DNA of 64,000 nucleotides from Desulfobacterales bacterium (GCA_030066985.1 JASJAN010000002.1:122531-186530); one strand, 5' to 3'; positions 9,578 through 19,873 are shown, counted from the first letter of the stretch. The notes: generated from the letters alone by a model not told the origin. Numbers and translations: made by a program.

Positions 9578-10573
9578 TTAATCTTCATTGTCGATTTTAA
9601 TGACAACCAGGGTAACGTCATCTTCCAATTCAGCTTCTTGTTGAAAGTGCTGCAGGTCACGAAAAATAACGTCTAAAATCTGCTCGGCTGCGGCAGATTT
9701 ATATCGCCGCAAAAGATTGACGATCGAGGACATGCCATACATCCTGCCTGCCGGATTGCGCGCCTCCAAAATACCATCTGTTGCCAGCACAATAACCTGG
9801 CCCTTTTTCAGCAGTCGTTTAACATTTTCCGTATACTGATGGTTGGCATCCACACCCAGCGCCAAACCCGGACCATTCAGTTCTTCAATGGTGTCCGTAG
9901 CGGGATCATACACAATCGCAGGCGCATGGCCGGCCCGAACCCATTTGAGACTTCGCTCCCTTAGGTCCACCGCCAGGTAAAATAATCCGATAAACTGGCC
10001 GGACTCTTCAATATCGCCGACCAGCTGGCGGTTTACATCGGATATGATGTCCTTAAGACGCCCTCCCAAAGATACGCGCTGGCGCAAGGCGGCACGAACA
10101 GCAGCCATCAGCAGGGCAGCTGAAATACCATGACCGGATACATCCCCGATGGCCACACCCAATTGTTCAGGACCGGTTTCACCCAGATGGTGATAGTCGA
10201 AATAATCTCCGCCGGTCTCATCGCAGTAAATGCTTTTGCCCGCGATGTCTAAGCCTGTCATTTGCGGTGTCTTACGGGGCAATAGGTTTTGCTGAACCTC
10301 CTGGGCCAGACTTAATGATTGGCGCATCCGACGGTGCTCTTTTAAATGCTGACCCAGGTTGATAAATTTACCTGCCTCGCCACTGTCGAGCAGCCGAATC
10401 TCGCAATCGGTTTTATCATCGCATCTGATGGTTGAACCCGCTCTATTTTCCTTCGATGGCGGCATATTAGTGGATTCATCCCTTACACAGGCCCCCTTTG
10501 AGTGTTCGATTACACCCGGATTCTGCATATGGTTGGTTGTGGTCATGTTTACACCATTACGCATGCAAGGCAT
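9578..10573 (-). CDS. PP2C (SpoIIE/RsbU-type) serine phosphatase
   Basis: PP2C signature (GLDIAGKSIYCDETGGDYFDY ... GDVSGHGISAALLM ... ATDGILEA). The exact start is uncertain. Confidence 0.75.
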   Translation of the reverse strand: MPCMRNGVNMTTTNHMQNPGVIEHSKGACVRDESTNMPPSKENRAGSTIRCDDKTDCEIRLLDSGEAGKFINLGQHLKEHRRMRQSLSLAQEVQQNLLPRKTPQMTGLDIAGKSIYCDETGGDYFDYHHLGETGPEQLGVAIGDVSGHGISAALLMAAVRAALRQRVSLGGRLKDIISDVNRQLVGDIEESGQFIGLFYLAVDLRERSLKWVRAGHAPAIVYDPATDTIEELNGPGLALGVDANHQYTENVKRLLKKGQVIVLATDGILEARNPAGRMYGMSSIVNLLRRYKSAAAEQILDVIFRDLQHFQQEAELEDDVTLVVIKIDNED

Positions 10574-10611
10574 CTAATCGCTCCAAGGGCTTGCTTAATT
10601 ACCCCTTAAAC

Positions 10612-10947
10612 TTATGAACAACCGCAGCCACTGGCCGGCGTATGCGCGGAAGTTTCCCCAGCGCTATTGTGGGCATTTGATTCCATCGGACACTCGACTT
10701 GATTTGAGGCCATCTGAAGATGGGTTCCTAAAAGCGCATCTGCTTTGGCCTTCATATGCCCTGCCGGCTGATCCTTGACAAACTGGCCGATAATGGCAGC
10801 CGCCCGCATCTTTTTTTCATCGATACTTTCAGCACGCGCCATCCCGCTAATGCTCTCCAGACACGGTATGCAGCCGGAGGCCACCGCTGAGCCTAAAGCA
10901 ATGAGTAGTTGGGTTTCAGTGTCTAAGCCTTTGGTAAAAGGTTTCAT
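10612..10947 (-). CDS. CMD/AhpD-like protein (CxxC type), last gene of the ars operon
   Basis: GCIPC motif. AAGGAGG RBS before the ATG. Lies directly downstream of arsM. Confidence 0.6.
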   Translation of the reverse strand: MKPFTKGLDTETQLLIALGSAVASGCIPCLESISGMARAESIDEKKMRAAAIIGQFVKDQPAGHMKAKADALLGTHLQMASNQVECPMESNAHNSAGETSAHTPASGCGCS

Positions 10948-11219
10948 TTTCTCATACCTCCTTTCAAACTTGTTTCAGAAATCTTATCTTTTGCCCCATG
11001 GCTGTGTTACATTTCGCTTCAAAATGCTCACGTACTAGCGTGTACGCTCCACTTTTGAACCGAAATGCGCCTTGCCCTGGAACAAAACCTAAGCTTCTGA
11101 AACAAGTTTAACTTATTCATATCAATAGGAACTTATTGATATATAATGATTAGCAAGCCATTTTACACATCACTCCATTACTCCAATAAAAAAATAATCT
11201 TTGCGACTTTGCGTGGGGC

Positions 11220-12023
11220 CTAAATCGGTTTTCTGGCTTCAATCGTAGCCGAAGCCACATAGTCTTCCAAATTTCGCTCCGGGAACCACTCGCGGATGCT
11301 TGCGCGGCTTTCGTCTTTAGGCTGTATCTTGATATCTGCAAAGCCGGTTTCCACGAGCATCGTTTCAATATCTTCGACTTGCTCAGTGCCCCCAACGCAG
11401 CCGGAAATCAGGGCTATATCGTTTTTGATTTCAGCCGGCAGTGGCTGCAAGGCCACCACGTCTAAAATGGCTAGACGGCCGCCGGGTTTGAGCACCCGCC
11501 AGGCTTCCTTAAAGACCTTATTTTTTTCAGGGGAAAGATTGATCACGCAGTTTGACAAAATGACATCTACGCTGGCATCGGCCACCGGCAGGTGTTCGAT
11601 CTCACCCAACCGGAACTCAACGTTGCGCGCGCCTAGCTTCTCGGCATTGCGGCGGGCCTTGCTGACCATGTCGGCCGTCATGTCAACGCCAATAATCCGG
11701 CCGGCGTCACCGACCGATTTTGCAGCCAGGAAGCAATCAAAGCCGCCGCCACTGCCCAGATCCAGCACCGTTTCGCCTTCTTTTAGAACAGCGATTGCCT
11801 GAGGATTGCCACAGCCCAGCCCCATATTGGCGCCTTCGGGTGCACTTTCCAGCTGCTCTTTGGTATACCCAAAAGCCTGCGACATGGTTTCAATCGACAC
11901 CGGCGCAGAACCACAGCAGGATGATTGAGTGCCGCAGCCGCAACCGGATGTTTCTTGCTTGGCGATCTCTCCATACCGGTTTCTGACTTCCTGACGAATT
12001 TCATCTGAATTTTTGGGTTCCAT
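11220..12023 (-). CDS. arsM: arsenite S-adenosylmethionine methyltransferase
   Basis: SAM methyltransferase motif (VLDLGSGGGFDCFLAA). The N-terminal Cys pairs are characteristic of ArsM/AS3MT. Confidence 0.8.
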   Translation of the reverse strand: MEPKNSDEIRQEVRNRYGEIAKQETSGCGCGTQSSCCGSAPVSIETMSQAFGYTKEQLESAPEGANMGLGCGNPQAIAVLKEGETVLDLGSGGGFDCFLAAKSVGDAGRIIGVDMTADMVSKARRNAEKLGARNVEFRLGEIEHLPVADASVDVILSNCVINLSPEKNKVFKEAWRVLKPGGRLAILDVVALQPLPAEIKNDIALISGCVGGTEQVEDIETMLVETGFADIKIQPKDESRASIREWFPERNLEDYVASATIEARKPI

Positions 12024-12051
12024 TTAATTCAATCCTTTCATATTTGTATAA

Positions 12052-12067
12052 TTCGACATATATCGAA
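12052..12067. promoter_or_regulatory. palindrome TTCGACATATATCGAA (TTCGA-N6-TCGAA), a copy between arsR and arsM and a candidate ArsR operator
   Basis: Identical 16-mer at 12402-12417, overlapping the arsR start codon. Confidence 0.4.
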
Positions 12068-12094
12068 CTTATTTTCCAAAAAAATTCCTGCCTA

Positions 12095-12409
12095 CTAAAA
12101 TGAGAAAAAATATTTTAGTTCATCGACAATCTCCGGATCCACCCAGCATTCGATATTCTGCCCATTGCGGCGGGATTTGATCAATCCTGCCTGGCGTAAC
12201 TCCTTAATATGATGTGAAACTGTTGATGGTACGATTTTTAAATCCTTGCCGATATCCCCTACACAGGCGGTACTTCTGGGCTCAAAGATGCCAATGGTGC
12301 CCGGTTTGCAGCAGGTGGCCAGACTAAAGAAAATCTTTAACCTGTTGGGGTTGGACAATGCTTTAAAGATTTCAGCATAACGTTCAAATTTTGTATCATT
12401 ATTCGACAT
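12095..12409 (-). CDS. arsR: ArsR/SmtB-family metalloregulator
   Basis: wHTH pattern (LSNPNRLKIFFSLATCC ... STVSHHIKELRQAGLI). Confidence 0.8.
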   Translation of the reverse strand: MSNNDTKFERYAEIFKALSNPNRLKIFFSLATCCKPGTIGIFEPRSTACVGDIGKDLKIVPSTVSHHIKELRQAGLIKSRRNGQNIECWVDPEIVDELKYFFSF

Positions 12410-12417
12410 ATATCGAA
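12402..12417. promoter_or_regulatory. palindrome TTCGACATATATCGAA overlapping the arsR ATG, a candidate autoregulatory operator
   Basis: Exact duplicate of 12052-12067. Confidence 0.4.
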
Positions 12418-12460
12418 TTATAACACAAAAAAAATTATTGTCAATAGAATGATGTATTTT

Positions 12461-12694
12461 TTATTGACGCATATTTTTTAACTGCCGCTGCTCTTCCAGT
12501 TGACCACACACATACTGGTAAATGGACATCGGCAAGCAGATAATTGTAAAGCCGATAAAAAACAGCAGGCCCCAGAATGAAGATATAATTGCCTTTGCCA
12601 GCTTGCTGCCCGGACCGGCATAAGCCGGCTGGATAAAAATAAAGGCAATAATTAGAAATGTCAGACCAATACCCAGAAGTCTGTTCTTGTTCAT
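12461..12694 (-). CDS. small membrane protein, hypothetical
   Basis: 77-aa ORF with two hydrophobic helices, upstream of arsR on the same strand. Confidence 0.35.
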   Translation of the reverse strand: MNKNRLLGIGLTFLIIAFIFIQPAYAGPGSKLAKAIISSFWGLLFFIGFTIICLPMSIYQYVCGQLEEQRQLKNMRQ

Positions 12695-13147
12695 AATTCA
12701 CCTCGTTCAAACTAATTCAAAATAAAGAGCAAAAATTATACCACCCAGAAAAAATTGTATTTTATAAAATGATTTCAAAAGGATAAATCTAAGTGGAAAT
12801 TAATAAGAGATTGAAAAGTTGCAAATATTGTCATGTTGAATGGCAATAAATGCCATCTAAGGGGGTTTTTTAATGAAAAGTCGTCGCGGCTTTGCCCTCA
12901 ACAGGAATTGACAAAAAATCAGGACCCATTTAAGGAGGACAACGAAGGGTAAGTCAATTATTTCTTGTAGAATAAAAGGACTTTAGAATGATACCGAATA
13001 AGTTCATGGTCCTTGTGTTAACCCTGTTTTTACATTCCGCGGTAGCTCTGTTTGCAGAAAAGCGCGGCATCCAAATCCACAACCTAGTGAACATGTAGAG
13101 AGTATTCATTTCGGTAAGAAATCTCGCTTAGTATACTAATACCCGTT

Positions 13148-13648
13148 TTAGATCAGGCTTTTTTCGTGATCCAGCAGCCAGCGTTTGCGCCAGATCCCGC
13201 CTCCGAACCCGGCCAGTTTACCGTCACTGCCGATCACGCGGTGACAGGGAATGATCAAAGGGATTGGGTTTTTATTGTTGGCGTTGCCCACCGCTCGATA
13301 TGCCTTGGGACGATCGATGGCGCGGGCCACATCACCGTATGAGGCCGTCTCGCCAAAGGGAATCTTTTGCAGCTGGCGCCAGACGGCAATTTGAAAATCA
13401 GTTCCTTCCAGCCGCATCACAACGTCGAAGTTCTGGCGCCGGCCCTTGAAATATTCTTCCAGCTGCCGCAGGCACTCCATCATACAGGCCGGCAAGTCGT
13501 TATCCGTCACCAATGGGTCAGTATTGAACTTGATCGTCAAAATCCCCTTGTCGCTGCCGACAATTTCAAAAGGCCCGATTTCAGACCAGTAGCATGCGGT
13601 GTAGGTTTGCACGAACAACTCCTTTGCGTATTGATATTGCTGCAGCAC
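13148..13648 (-). CDS. ogt: methylated-DNA--protein-cysteine methyltransferase
   Basis: PCHRV active-site motif (IPCHRVIGSDGKLAGFGGG). Confidence 0.75.
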   Translation of the reverse strand: MLQQYQYAKELFVQTYTACYWSEIGPFEIVGSDKGILTIKFNTDPLVTDNDLPACMMECLRQLEEYFKGRRQNFDVVMRLEGTDFQIAVWRQLQKIPFGETASYGDVARAIDRPKAYRAVGNANNKNPIPLIIPCHRVIGSDGKLAGFGGGIWRKRWLLDHEKSLI

Positions 13649-13812
13649 TTATGCCGCAATCATTATTTCGGAACACTCGTTTAATAGGCAGAATAAATTG
13701 CAGCTGGCCTTCTATCCCGAAATTGCCAATACCGTCAACGGCTCAATTCTGGTTAGCTTTTTTTTACGATGCCTTACGACAGGTAGGATGGAAAATTCTT
13801 TACTTAACCGTT

Positions 13813-14925
13813 TTACGCCAGAATTGCTTTTACATTCTGAGGTTCCTTATCCTTGATTCCCAAATCCTCAGCAGTCAATCCTTTCTGGAAATAGTCGACA
13901 CCCAACATGGTTGAAGCAATCCGGATGACTGCATTTATGGTGGGTGTGGGCACACCCCAGGCGCGGCCGATCAAAGACCAGGGGACCAGGCCAAAGGGTA
14001 AATCCTCGTTTATGTAACGCGTATCTACGGATGACGGCGCCGGAAAGACCGGATCGCTGTGAATGGGGCTTTGCCGAAGGGTTTCAGACAAGGTTTTTTT
14101 GCCCAACGAATAATTGGCATAAAATGTTTCAAATGAATCTTTTATCGGAATACCATCCGTGCTGATAAGTTTGAGCAGGGCCATGCGCTCTTTGTCCATT
14201 GACAACATGACTCTGGCAACTGATTCGGTGGCACCATCTGCATACAGGTTCCAGCCTTCACCGCCGGTTGCTTCAATTCGCCCGGCGTTGAACAAAACCA
14301 TGGGCGGGTGAACGATGGGATTTAAATTGTTAAGGCTTGTGGACCACACATTTTCGGCGGCAACAAATTGGGGGAATACGGGTCTGATTTTTTCCAAAAA
14401 CTCCGCTGTCCGACTGGCCGGCAGGGCTGCTGTTGGAAGCTTACTTTTTAAGCCAATGCAGGCCACCACTCCTGGCTCTGAGGCCCGGGTGGCATATAAG
14501 AGCGAAATGGTCTCAACCGGCGTTACCCGGGCGGTGACTCCGGCCTCTTTCATCCATTTATGAAAACGCAGCGCCCCAAAATTGGATGTAAACAGGATAA
14601 ACTGGCCATCCTCGAATTGGTGGGCCAATGCCTTGCTGAAAGGTTCATGCGCATGGGCCGATCCGCCGATAATGATGATATCTACACCCTTAATGGCTGC
14701 TTTGAGATCGGTGGTAACCATATTCAATTTGGCAAAACCGCTGCCGGCATCGCCGGATATCTCGATACCGCCTTTTTTTTCAATTGCGCGAAGGGCGGCT
14801 TCAAACTCAGGCACCTCTGCCAGGTTAACCGAATAGCCTTTTAAGGCAATATCCGCTGCAAAAGTTTGGCCCGAGTTACCGGTGCCGAGAACTGCAAATT
14901 TTGGCTTTTTTGAAAATGTAGTCAT
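13813..14925 (-). CDS. NAD(P)-dependent opine (octopine/nopaline) dehydrogenase family protein
   Basis: N-terminal Rossmann motif (FAVLGTGNSGQTFAADIALKG). Length and C-terminal region are typical of the family. Paralogous to the gene at 16659-17762. Confidence 0.7.
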   Translation of the reverse strand: MTTFSKKPKFAVLGTGNSGQTFAADIALKGYSVNLAEVPEFEAALRAIEKKGGIEISGDAGSGFAKLNMVTTDLKAAIKGVDIIIIGGSAHAHEPFSKALAHQFEDGQFILFTSNFGALRFHKWMKEAGVTARVTPVETISLLYATRASEPGVVACIGLKSKLPTAALPASRTAEFLEKIRPVFPQFVAAENVWSTSLNNLNPIVHPPMVLFNAGRIEATGGEGWNLYADGATESVARVMLSMDKERMALLKLISTDGIPIKDSFETFYANYSLGKKTLSETLRQSPIHSDPVFPAPSSVDTRYINEDLPFGLVPWSLIGRAWGVPTPTINAVIRIASTMLGVDYFQKGLTAEDLGIKDKEPQNVKAILA

Positions 14926-14941
14926 TCAAGGTATCCGTAAG

Positions 14942-16069
14942 TCAGCTAATTTTAGAGTAATCTTTGGTATACTTTTTAAGCTTATCCTCATTCAGTGCAA
15001 CCCCGAGACCGGGTTGGGATGGAACCGTCACAACCGATCGGGATATGTTTTTGGCAAAGTCAGTAATGTCATCCGACATTCTAAGCACGGACATGTAAGC
15101 ATGTCCCATGTCCAGCAGGTTCGGCAGCACACAGCCCAACTGCAATGAAGCCGCCTGGGTTATTCCAAAGTCAAACATGCTGTTCATTAAGACCTTTAGG
15201 CCAAAAGCATGGGTCATTTCCGCAATTCTTTTTGACTTGCTCAAACCACCATTTTTGGAAACTTTGATACTGAAGGCATCTACCGCCTGCTCCCGGATCA
15301 ATGTTGCTGCGTCCCGGATCGAGGCGACACCCTCATCGGCACTCAGCGGGCAGGGTGCGCGACTACGAATCCGCTTAAGTCCTTCTACGTCATCACGTTC
15401 TATGGGCTGTTCAAGTAATACAGGGCGACTTCCACTAATGCCGTCGATAAATTCCAAGGTTTCAGCCAACGTCCAGCCCTGGTTGGCATCGACAATGATT
15501 TTAATACGGTCACCGAATTTTTTCTCAGCAGTGATCATGCGTTGGATTTCATCTTCGATCGGAAGGGCACCCATTTTGAGCATGACCGTTTTATATCCAT
15601 CCTCGATCGATTTTTGGATGGAGTTTGCGTCCTCATCGGGGGTTCCACTGCCGATAGGGCTCAGCAGCGGCAATTTATCTTGGTATAAACCGCCCAGCAG
15701 CATGTGCGCGGGCAGATTATAGGATTTACCTGAAATGTCGAAAAGCGCCATATTGACTGCTCCCCTGGCCAGCAGATTGCCATGCACCAACATGTCCAAA
15801 TGGGATTCCAGGGCCGAGATACGGATCGGGTTTTGTCCTATCAAATGTGGCGCAATCAAATCACGAGTGACGGCCATGACCGTCGCGGGAGTCTCGTCAG
15901 AAAATGGATTCAACGGATCTGCCTCACCTAGACCGACAATGCCCTCATCGGTGTGAACCTTTAAAATAACAGATTCGGCATCATAGCGAGTACCGTATTT
16001 TTTGGACAGGTGATATGGTTTGGCAAAGGGTATCGAAATATGAAACAGCTCGAGTCCGGTAATCTTCAT
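14942..16069 (-). CDS. enolase-superfamily enzyme (mandelate racemase / muconate-lactonizing enzyme fold; dipeptide-epimerase-like)
   Basis: N-terminal capping domain (KITGLELFHISIPFAKPYH ... GLGEADP). Metal-ligand acidic residues appear in the barrel region (IIVDANQGW ... LEQPI). Confidence 0.7.
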   Translation of the reverse strand: MKITGLELFHISIPFAKPYHLSKKYGTRYDAESVILKVHTDEGIVGLGEADPLNPFSDETPATVMAVTRDLIAPHLIGQNPIRISALESHLDMLVHGNLLARGAVNMALFDISGKSYNLPAHMLLGGLYQDKLPLLSPIGSGTPDEDANSIQKSIEDGYKTVMLKMGALPIEDEIQRMITAEKKFGDRIKIIVDANQGWTLAETLEFIDGISGSRPVLLEQPIERDDVEGLKRIRSRAPCPLSADEGVASIRDAATLIREQAVDAFSIKVSKNGGLSKSKRIAEMTHAFGLKVLMNSMFDFGITQAASLQLGCVLPNLLDMGHAYMSVLRMSDDITDFAKNISRSVVTVPSQPGLGVALNEDKLKKYTKDYSKIS

Positions 16070-16125
16070 TCCAAGGCTCCTAAATTGTTAGTAATTTGAC
16101 CCACTTTGACATAATAGCAGAAACA

Positions 16126-16539
16126 TCATTTGACCGCAACGACCGGGCATGGCGCCATCAGTATGATATACTGCGCGTTGGACCCGAATATGAGCTTTCC
16201 CACTTTCGATCTTCTTTTGACCCCAACGATAATTTCATCAATCTCTCTTTCATTGACAAATTGAACCAGATCTTCTCCGGGAGTAATCGGGCTGACAATG
16301 GCTTCGGCTTTGCATTCAATCCCTTTGTCTCTGAAAGACCGCCTGATTTTTTCAAGCTCCTGTTCGGCCTTTTGTATATCTTCCCGTTTCATTTCACGAC
16401 TTTGGGCCAATGACCTGACGACATATACTTTGGCGTCAAAGGCTTTGGCGTGTTTCTCGGCCAGCGTTAACGCTTCTTTGGCAGCATTGGATTGATCATA
16501 TCCCACCATAATCTTCATTATAGCCTCCTCACTGTTCAA
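16126..16539 (-). CDS. universal stress protein (UspA family)
   Basis: MKIMVGYDQSNAAKEAL ... VGVKRRSKVGKLIFGSNAQYIILMAPCPVVAVK. Confidence 0.8.
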   Translation of the reverse strand: MNSEEAIMKIMVGYDQSNAAKEALTLAEKHAKAFDAKVYVVRSLAQSREMKREDIQKAEQELEKIRRSFRDKGIECKAEAIVSPITPGEDLVQFVNEREIDEIIVGVKRRSKVGKLIFGSNAQYIILMAPCPVVAVK

Positions 16540-16658
16540 TAAGATTCAAAAGATCTTCAATCTAAGACGTATTATGTTCTGTATTTTCAAACAGAAAAGT
16601 AAAATTGCTGCACCCATTTTGTGCAGGGTATAACCATTGTCCAGTGGTCTTAATCAAG

Positions 16659-17762
16659 CTATGCAGTCAGAGAAACGATCTCTTCCGGCGTCTTATGGGC
16701 GATTCCAAGCTTTTCAAGATTCGTTCCCGTTGAAACATAATCCACGTCGTGAAGCCACGAGGTCAACCGAACGGTCAATTCGATAATCGGGGATTCCACG
16801 GCTGCTTTTTTTGCCATTTGCAAGGCGGGAACATTCAGACCCGGAACATCTTCGGTCAGATAACGACTTTGCACATTGTGACCGATGACATCTGTGTAAG
16901 GGCTTTGCGGACTATTCACATACTCATAATAGGTTTTAGCGTCGTTTTCTCCGTAATACATCTTTAGCTGCTCTAGCGTTGACATGAGCTCCAACGAGAG
17001 CGCTTTGCCTATGGCAAGGCGTTCTTCGTCCATTTGCATCATCTTTGCAGAGATCAGGGGGGTTATGCCGTCCATGTAATGACGAAAGGTTTCCGGATTA
17101 TTTTCGATGCCGCCGTAATTTAAGAGCACCGGAAGCGGATGGAGGGTCTGATTGGGGTTATCCAAATCGACTTCCAGCAAATTTTTCCCGGGGATAAAAT
17201 GGACATCACCCGAAAAAATATCGTTCATAATGTCAACCACTTCCGGGTTGTCGCCGCCAGGAGAGGTGGCTATTTTCAGGCGGAATTTTTTCTTATAAAT
17301 CGTGACGGTATTGTATGTGCTAATCCGACATGCGTATGGAAGTGAGACCGTTTCAGATATGGTGATGTTGCGCTTGATCCCGCGATCGGACATCATTTTT
17401 TTTAATCGCAAGCCGCCATAATTTCCGGGAACAATGATGACATGCTGGCCGTCGACAAGGTGCGGGACCAATTTTGCAAATATGGGTTTATGCGCAAAAG
17501 AAGGGACAACAATTAAAATAACATTGCTGTCTTTTACAGCCTCCTCAATAGCCATGGTAGCGCCGCTGAGTTTACCACCGGCTTGAATGTCCCCATCTAA
17601 AAACATCTCTTTTTCTTGCCTGATTTTCAGATAGTCCTCTGTTTCTTCAAGGGGCTCATACATGATGACAGGATAGCCTTTTTCAGCGATCTGCCCGCAA
17701 ACGGCTCTTCCGCCATGTCCACTCCCTAACACGGCATATTTTATGTTTTTTTTCATTTCCAA
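16659..17762 (-). CDS. NAD(P)-dependent opine dehydrogenase family protein (second paralog)
   Basis: YAVLGSGHGGRAVCGQIAEKGYPV Rossmann motif. Same architecture as the gene at 13813-14925. Confidence 0.7.
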   Translation of the reverse strand: MEMKKNIKYAVLGSGHGGRAVCGQIAEKGYPVIMYEPLEETEDYLKIRQEKEMFLDGDIQAGGKLSGATMAIEEAVKDSNVILIVVPSFAHKPIFAKLVPHLVDGQHVIIVPGNYGGLRLKKMMSDRGIKRNITISETVSLPYACRISTYNTVTIYKKKFRLKIATSPGGDNPEVVDIMNDIFSGDVHFIPGKNLLEVDLDNPNQTLHPLPVLLNYGGIENNPETFRHYMDGITPLISAKMMQMDEERLAIGKALSLELMSTLEQLKMYYGENDAKTYYEYVNSPQSPYTDVIGHNVQSRYLTEDVPGLNVPALQMAKKAAVESPIIELTVRLTSWLHDVDYVSTGTNLEKLGIAHKTPEEIVSLTA

Positions 17763-17882
17763 TTTTTCCGTTTCATAATTCTGGGTAATCTTTCGGCCAC
17801 AGTTTGAACTTCAAATACTTTTTTGTGTCCTGGTGTCTGATGGTTTGAAATATTACTTAAAGAAGTATTATAATCTAATGTT

Positions 17883-18860
17883 TTAGTAGAGATGGCATGC
17901 GACCGCGTGCCCTGGTTTTACCTCTTTGAGGGGTGGTTCAGTACCCCTGCATATATCCATCACCTGCAGGCATCGCGTCTGAAAACGACAGCCGGGCGGC
18001 GGATCAATGGGCTGGGCAACTTCGCCTCTAATTTCAGGTATGGGCCTTGTATAGGCGGGGTCGGGGATCGGAACCGCAGCGATGAGAGCCTGCGCATATG
18101 GGTGGAATGGCTCGGTGATCACATCCTTTGTGATACCCAGTTCCATAATCCTGCCCAGATACATGATCATCAACCGCTCCGAAATGTTGGACAGAATGGA
18201 AAGGTCGTGGGAAACATAAATACATGAAAAGTTCATGCGTTCGGACAGGTCCCGGATTAGGTCCAGTATGCCGGCCCGAATGGAAACATCCAGCATCGAC
18301 AAAGGCTCATCGGCAATGACTAGATTCGGCTCTAAAACCAGCGCCTGGGCTATACCCACCCGCTGTCTTTCCCCGCCGCTCATCTGATGAGGATAGCGGT
18401 TTTTGTACTCGTCGGGCTCTAAGCCGGCCATTGAAATCGTTTCCAGGGTTCTCTCGCGGATCTCGGTTTTATTCTTTTCGGTAAGCGCCCGCAAAGGTTC
18501 TGCCACCAGATCAAAGACCGTGTACCGCGGGTTTAGAGATTCATAGGGATCCTGAAAAATGAGCTGAACTTCACGGCGATATTTCCGGAGCTCTGTTTTG
18601 GACATCACGGCGATATCGTTTTCTTTGTAGCGGATGGTACCGCCGGTCGGTTCCCGAAGTTTGGCGATCGCCAGGCAGCAAGTGGACTTGCCGCAACCCG
18701 ACTCTCCGGCCAGGCCCATGATTTCGCCGGCATCCAGGGAGAAGCTCATGCCATCGACAGCCTTGATGACTCTGGGTTTCTTGCCGCCTACCAGTTTAGC
18801 CAGAAAGGTGGGTTCGAGATAGAAATACTGTTTTAAGTCGCTGACGTCGAGGATTGCCAT
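17883..18860 (-). CDS. peptide/nickel ABC transporter ATP-binding protein (DppF/OppF-like)
   Basis: Walker A (GESGCGKST), ABC signature (MSGGERQRV), Walker B (ADEPLSMLD) and a C-terminal oligopeptide-transporter extension. Start placed at MAILDV. Confidence 0.8.
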   Translation of the reverse strand: MAILDVSDLKQYFYLEPTFLAKLVGGKKPRVIKAVDGMSFSLDAGEIMGLAGESGCGKSTCCLAIAKLREPTGGTIRYKENDIAVMSKTELRKYRREVQLIFQDPYESLNPRYTVFDLVAEPLRALTEKNKTEIRERTLETISMAGLEPDEYKNRYPHQMSGGERQRVGIAQALVLEPNLVIADEPLSMLDVSIRAGILDLIRDLSERMNFSCIYVSHDLSILSNISERLMIMYLGRIMELGITKDVITEPFHPYAQALIAAVPIPDPAYTRPIPEIRGEVAQPIDPPPGCRFQTRCLQVMDICRGTEPPLKEVKPGHAVACHLY

Positions 18861-19858
18861 GTCTTTTTGTCTCCCGCTAGTTTGCGAAATTCTTCCACAT
18901 GATCGGTACGAATGCAATGCACGAAATGACCCGGTTTTATCTCCAGATCCGGCGGCCTTTCCTTCTCACATTCCGGAACAACAAACGGGCACCGGAAGGC
19001 AAAAAGGCACCCGGGAAGATCCCCCAGCAAAGATGGCGGCGAGCCGGGAATTGAAATGAGCTCCCGATCAAGGGCTTGAATGCTGGGAAAAGCATTTTTA
19101 AGACCCAGTGTATACGGGTGATAGGGCTCATTGAAAAGCTCCATCGATTCGGCAAATTCCATCAAGCGGCCCGCGTACATAATTCCGATGCGATCGCTCA
19201 TTTCCGCAATGACAGAAATGTCATGGGTAATGAGCAGTATGGATACCGATGACTCGGACTTCTTGCGGATTTCCTTGATGTTTCTCAGGATCCGTTCCTG
19301 GACCAGAACGTCCAGGCCGGTGGTTGGTTCATCCATAATGACCAGATCAGGGTTTAAAACCAGGGACATGGCGATCATGGAGCGCTGGCGCATACCGCCG
19401 CTGAATTCATGGGGATAAGCCTTCATCATGCCGGCCTGCAGGCCCACCGCGTCAAAAAGCTTTTTAACAATCTGTTCGCATTCAGCTTTACTATTATCGG
19501 TGTGGGCCTGGATCGCTTCGATGCACTGGTCCCCGACCCGGTAGACCGGGTTAAGGGCGTTCATTGCGCTCTGGGGGACCAGGCCGATTCCTTGCCAGAG
19601 AATTTTTTCCCGGAAATCTTTCTCTGGCATGGAAAGAATGTCCTGTCCTTTAAATTCCATTTTGTCAGCCGATACATGAGCGCTTTTGGGAACCAGACGA
19701 ATTAGGGTGCGAATGAGGGTCGATTTGCCGCAACCGGATTCACCGGCAAGGCCGACGACCTCGTTTTCATCGATAGATAAAGTGATCCCGTCATTGGCCT
19801 TTACGACACCCTGCTCTGTTTGATAATGGGTTTTCAGATTTTCTATTTCTAAAATCAT
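18833..19858 (-). CDS. peptide/nickel ABC transporter ATP-binding protein (DppD/OppD-like)
   Basis: GESGCGKST, FSGGMRQRS, MDEPTTGLD. Confidence 0.85.
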   Translation of the reverse strand: MILEIENLKTHYQTEQGVVKANDGITLSIDENEVVGLAGESGCGKSTLIRTLIRLVPKSAHVSADKMEFKGQDILSMPEKDFREKILWQGIGLVPQSAMNALNPVYRVGDQCIEAIQAHTDNSKAECEQIVKKLFDAVGLQAGMMKAYPHEFSGGMRQRSMIAMSLVLNPDLVIMDEPTTGLDVLVQERILRNIKEIRKKSESSVSILLITHDISVIAEMSDRIGIMYAGRLMEFAESMELFNEPYHPYTLGLKNAFPSIQALDRELISIPGSPPSLLGDLPGCLFAFRCPFVVPECEKERPPDLEIKPGHFVHCIRTDHVEEFRKLAGDKKTWQSSTSAT

Positions 19859-19873
19859 TTGGTGTTATCTCCG

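Noticed and set aside
11296-11986. Plus-strand ORFs overlapping arsM
   Set aside because: Antisense shadow ORFs of a confidently identified gene.
15108-15956. Plus-strand ORFs overlapping the enolase-superfamily gene
   Set aside because: Antisense. Ser/Pro-rich low-complexity translation.
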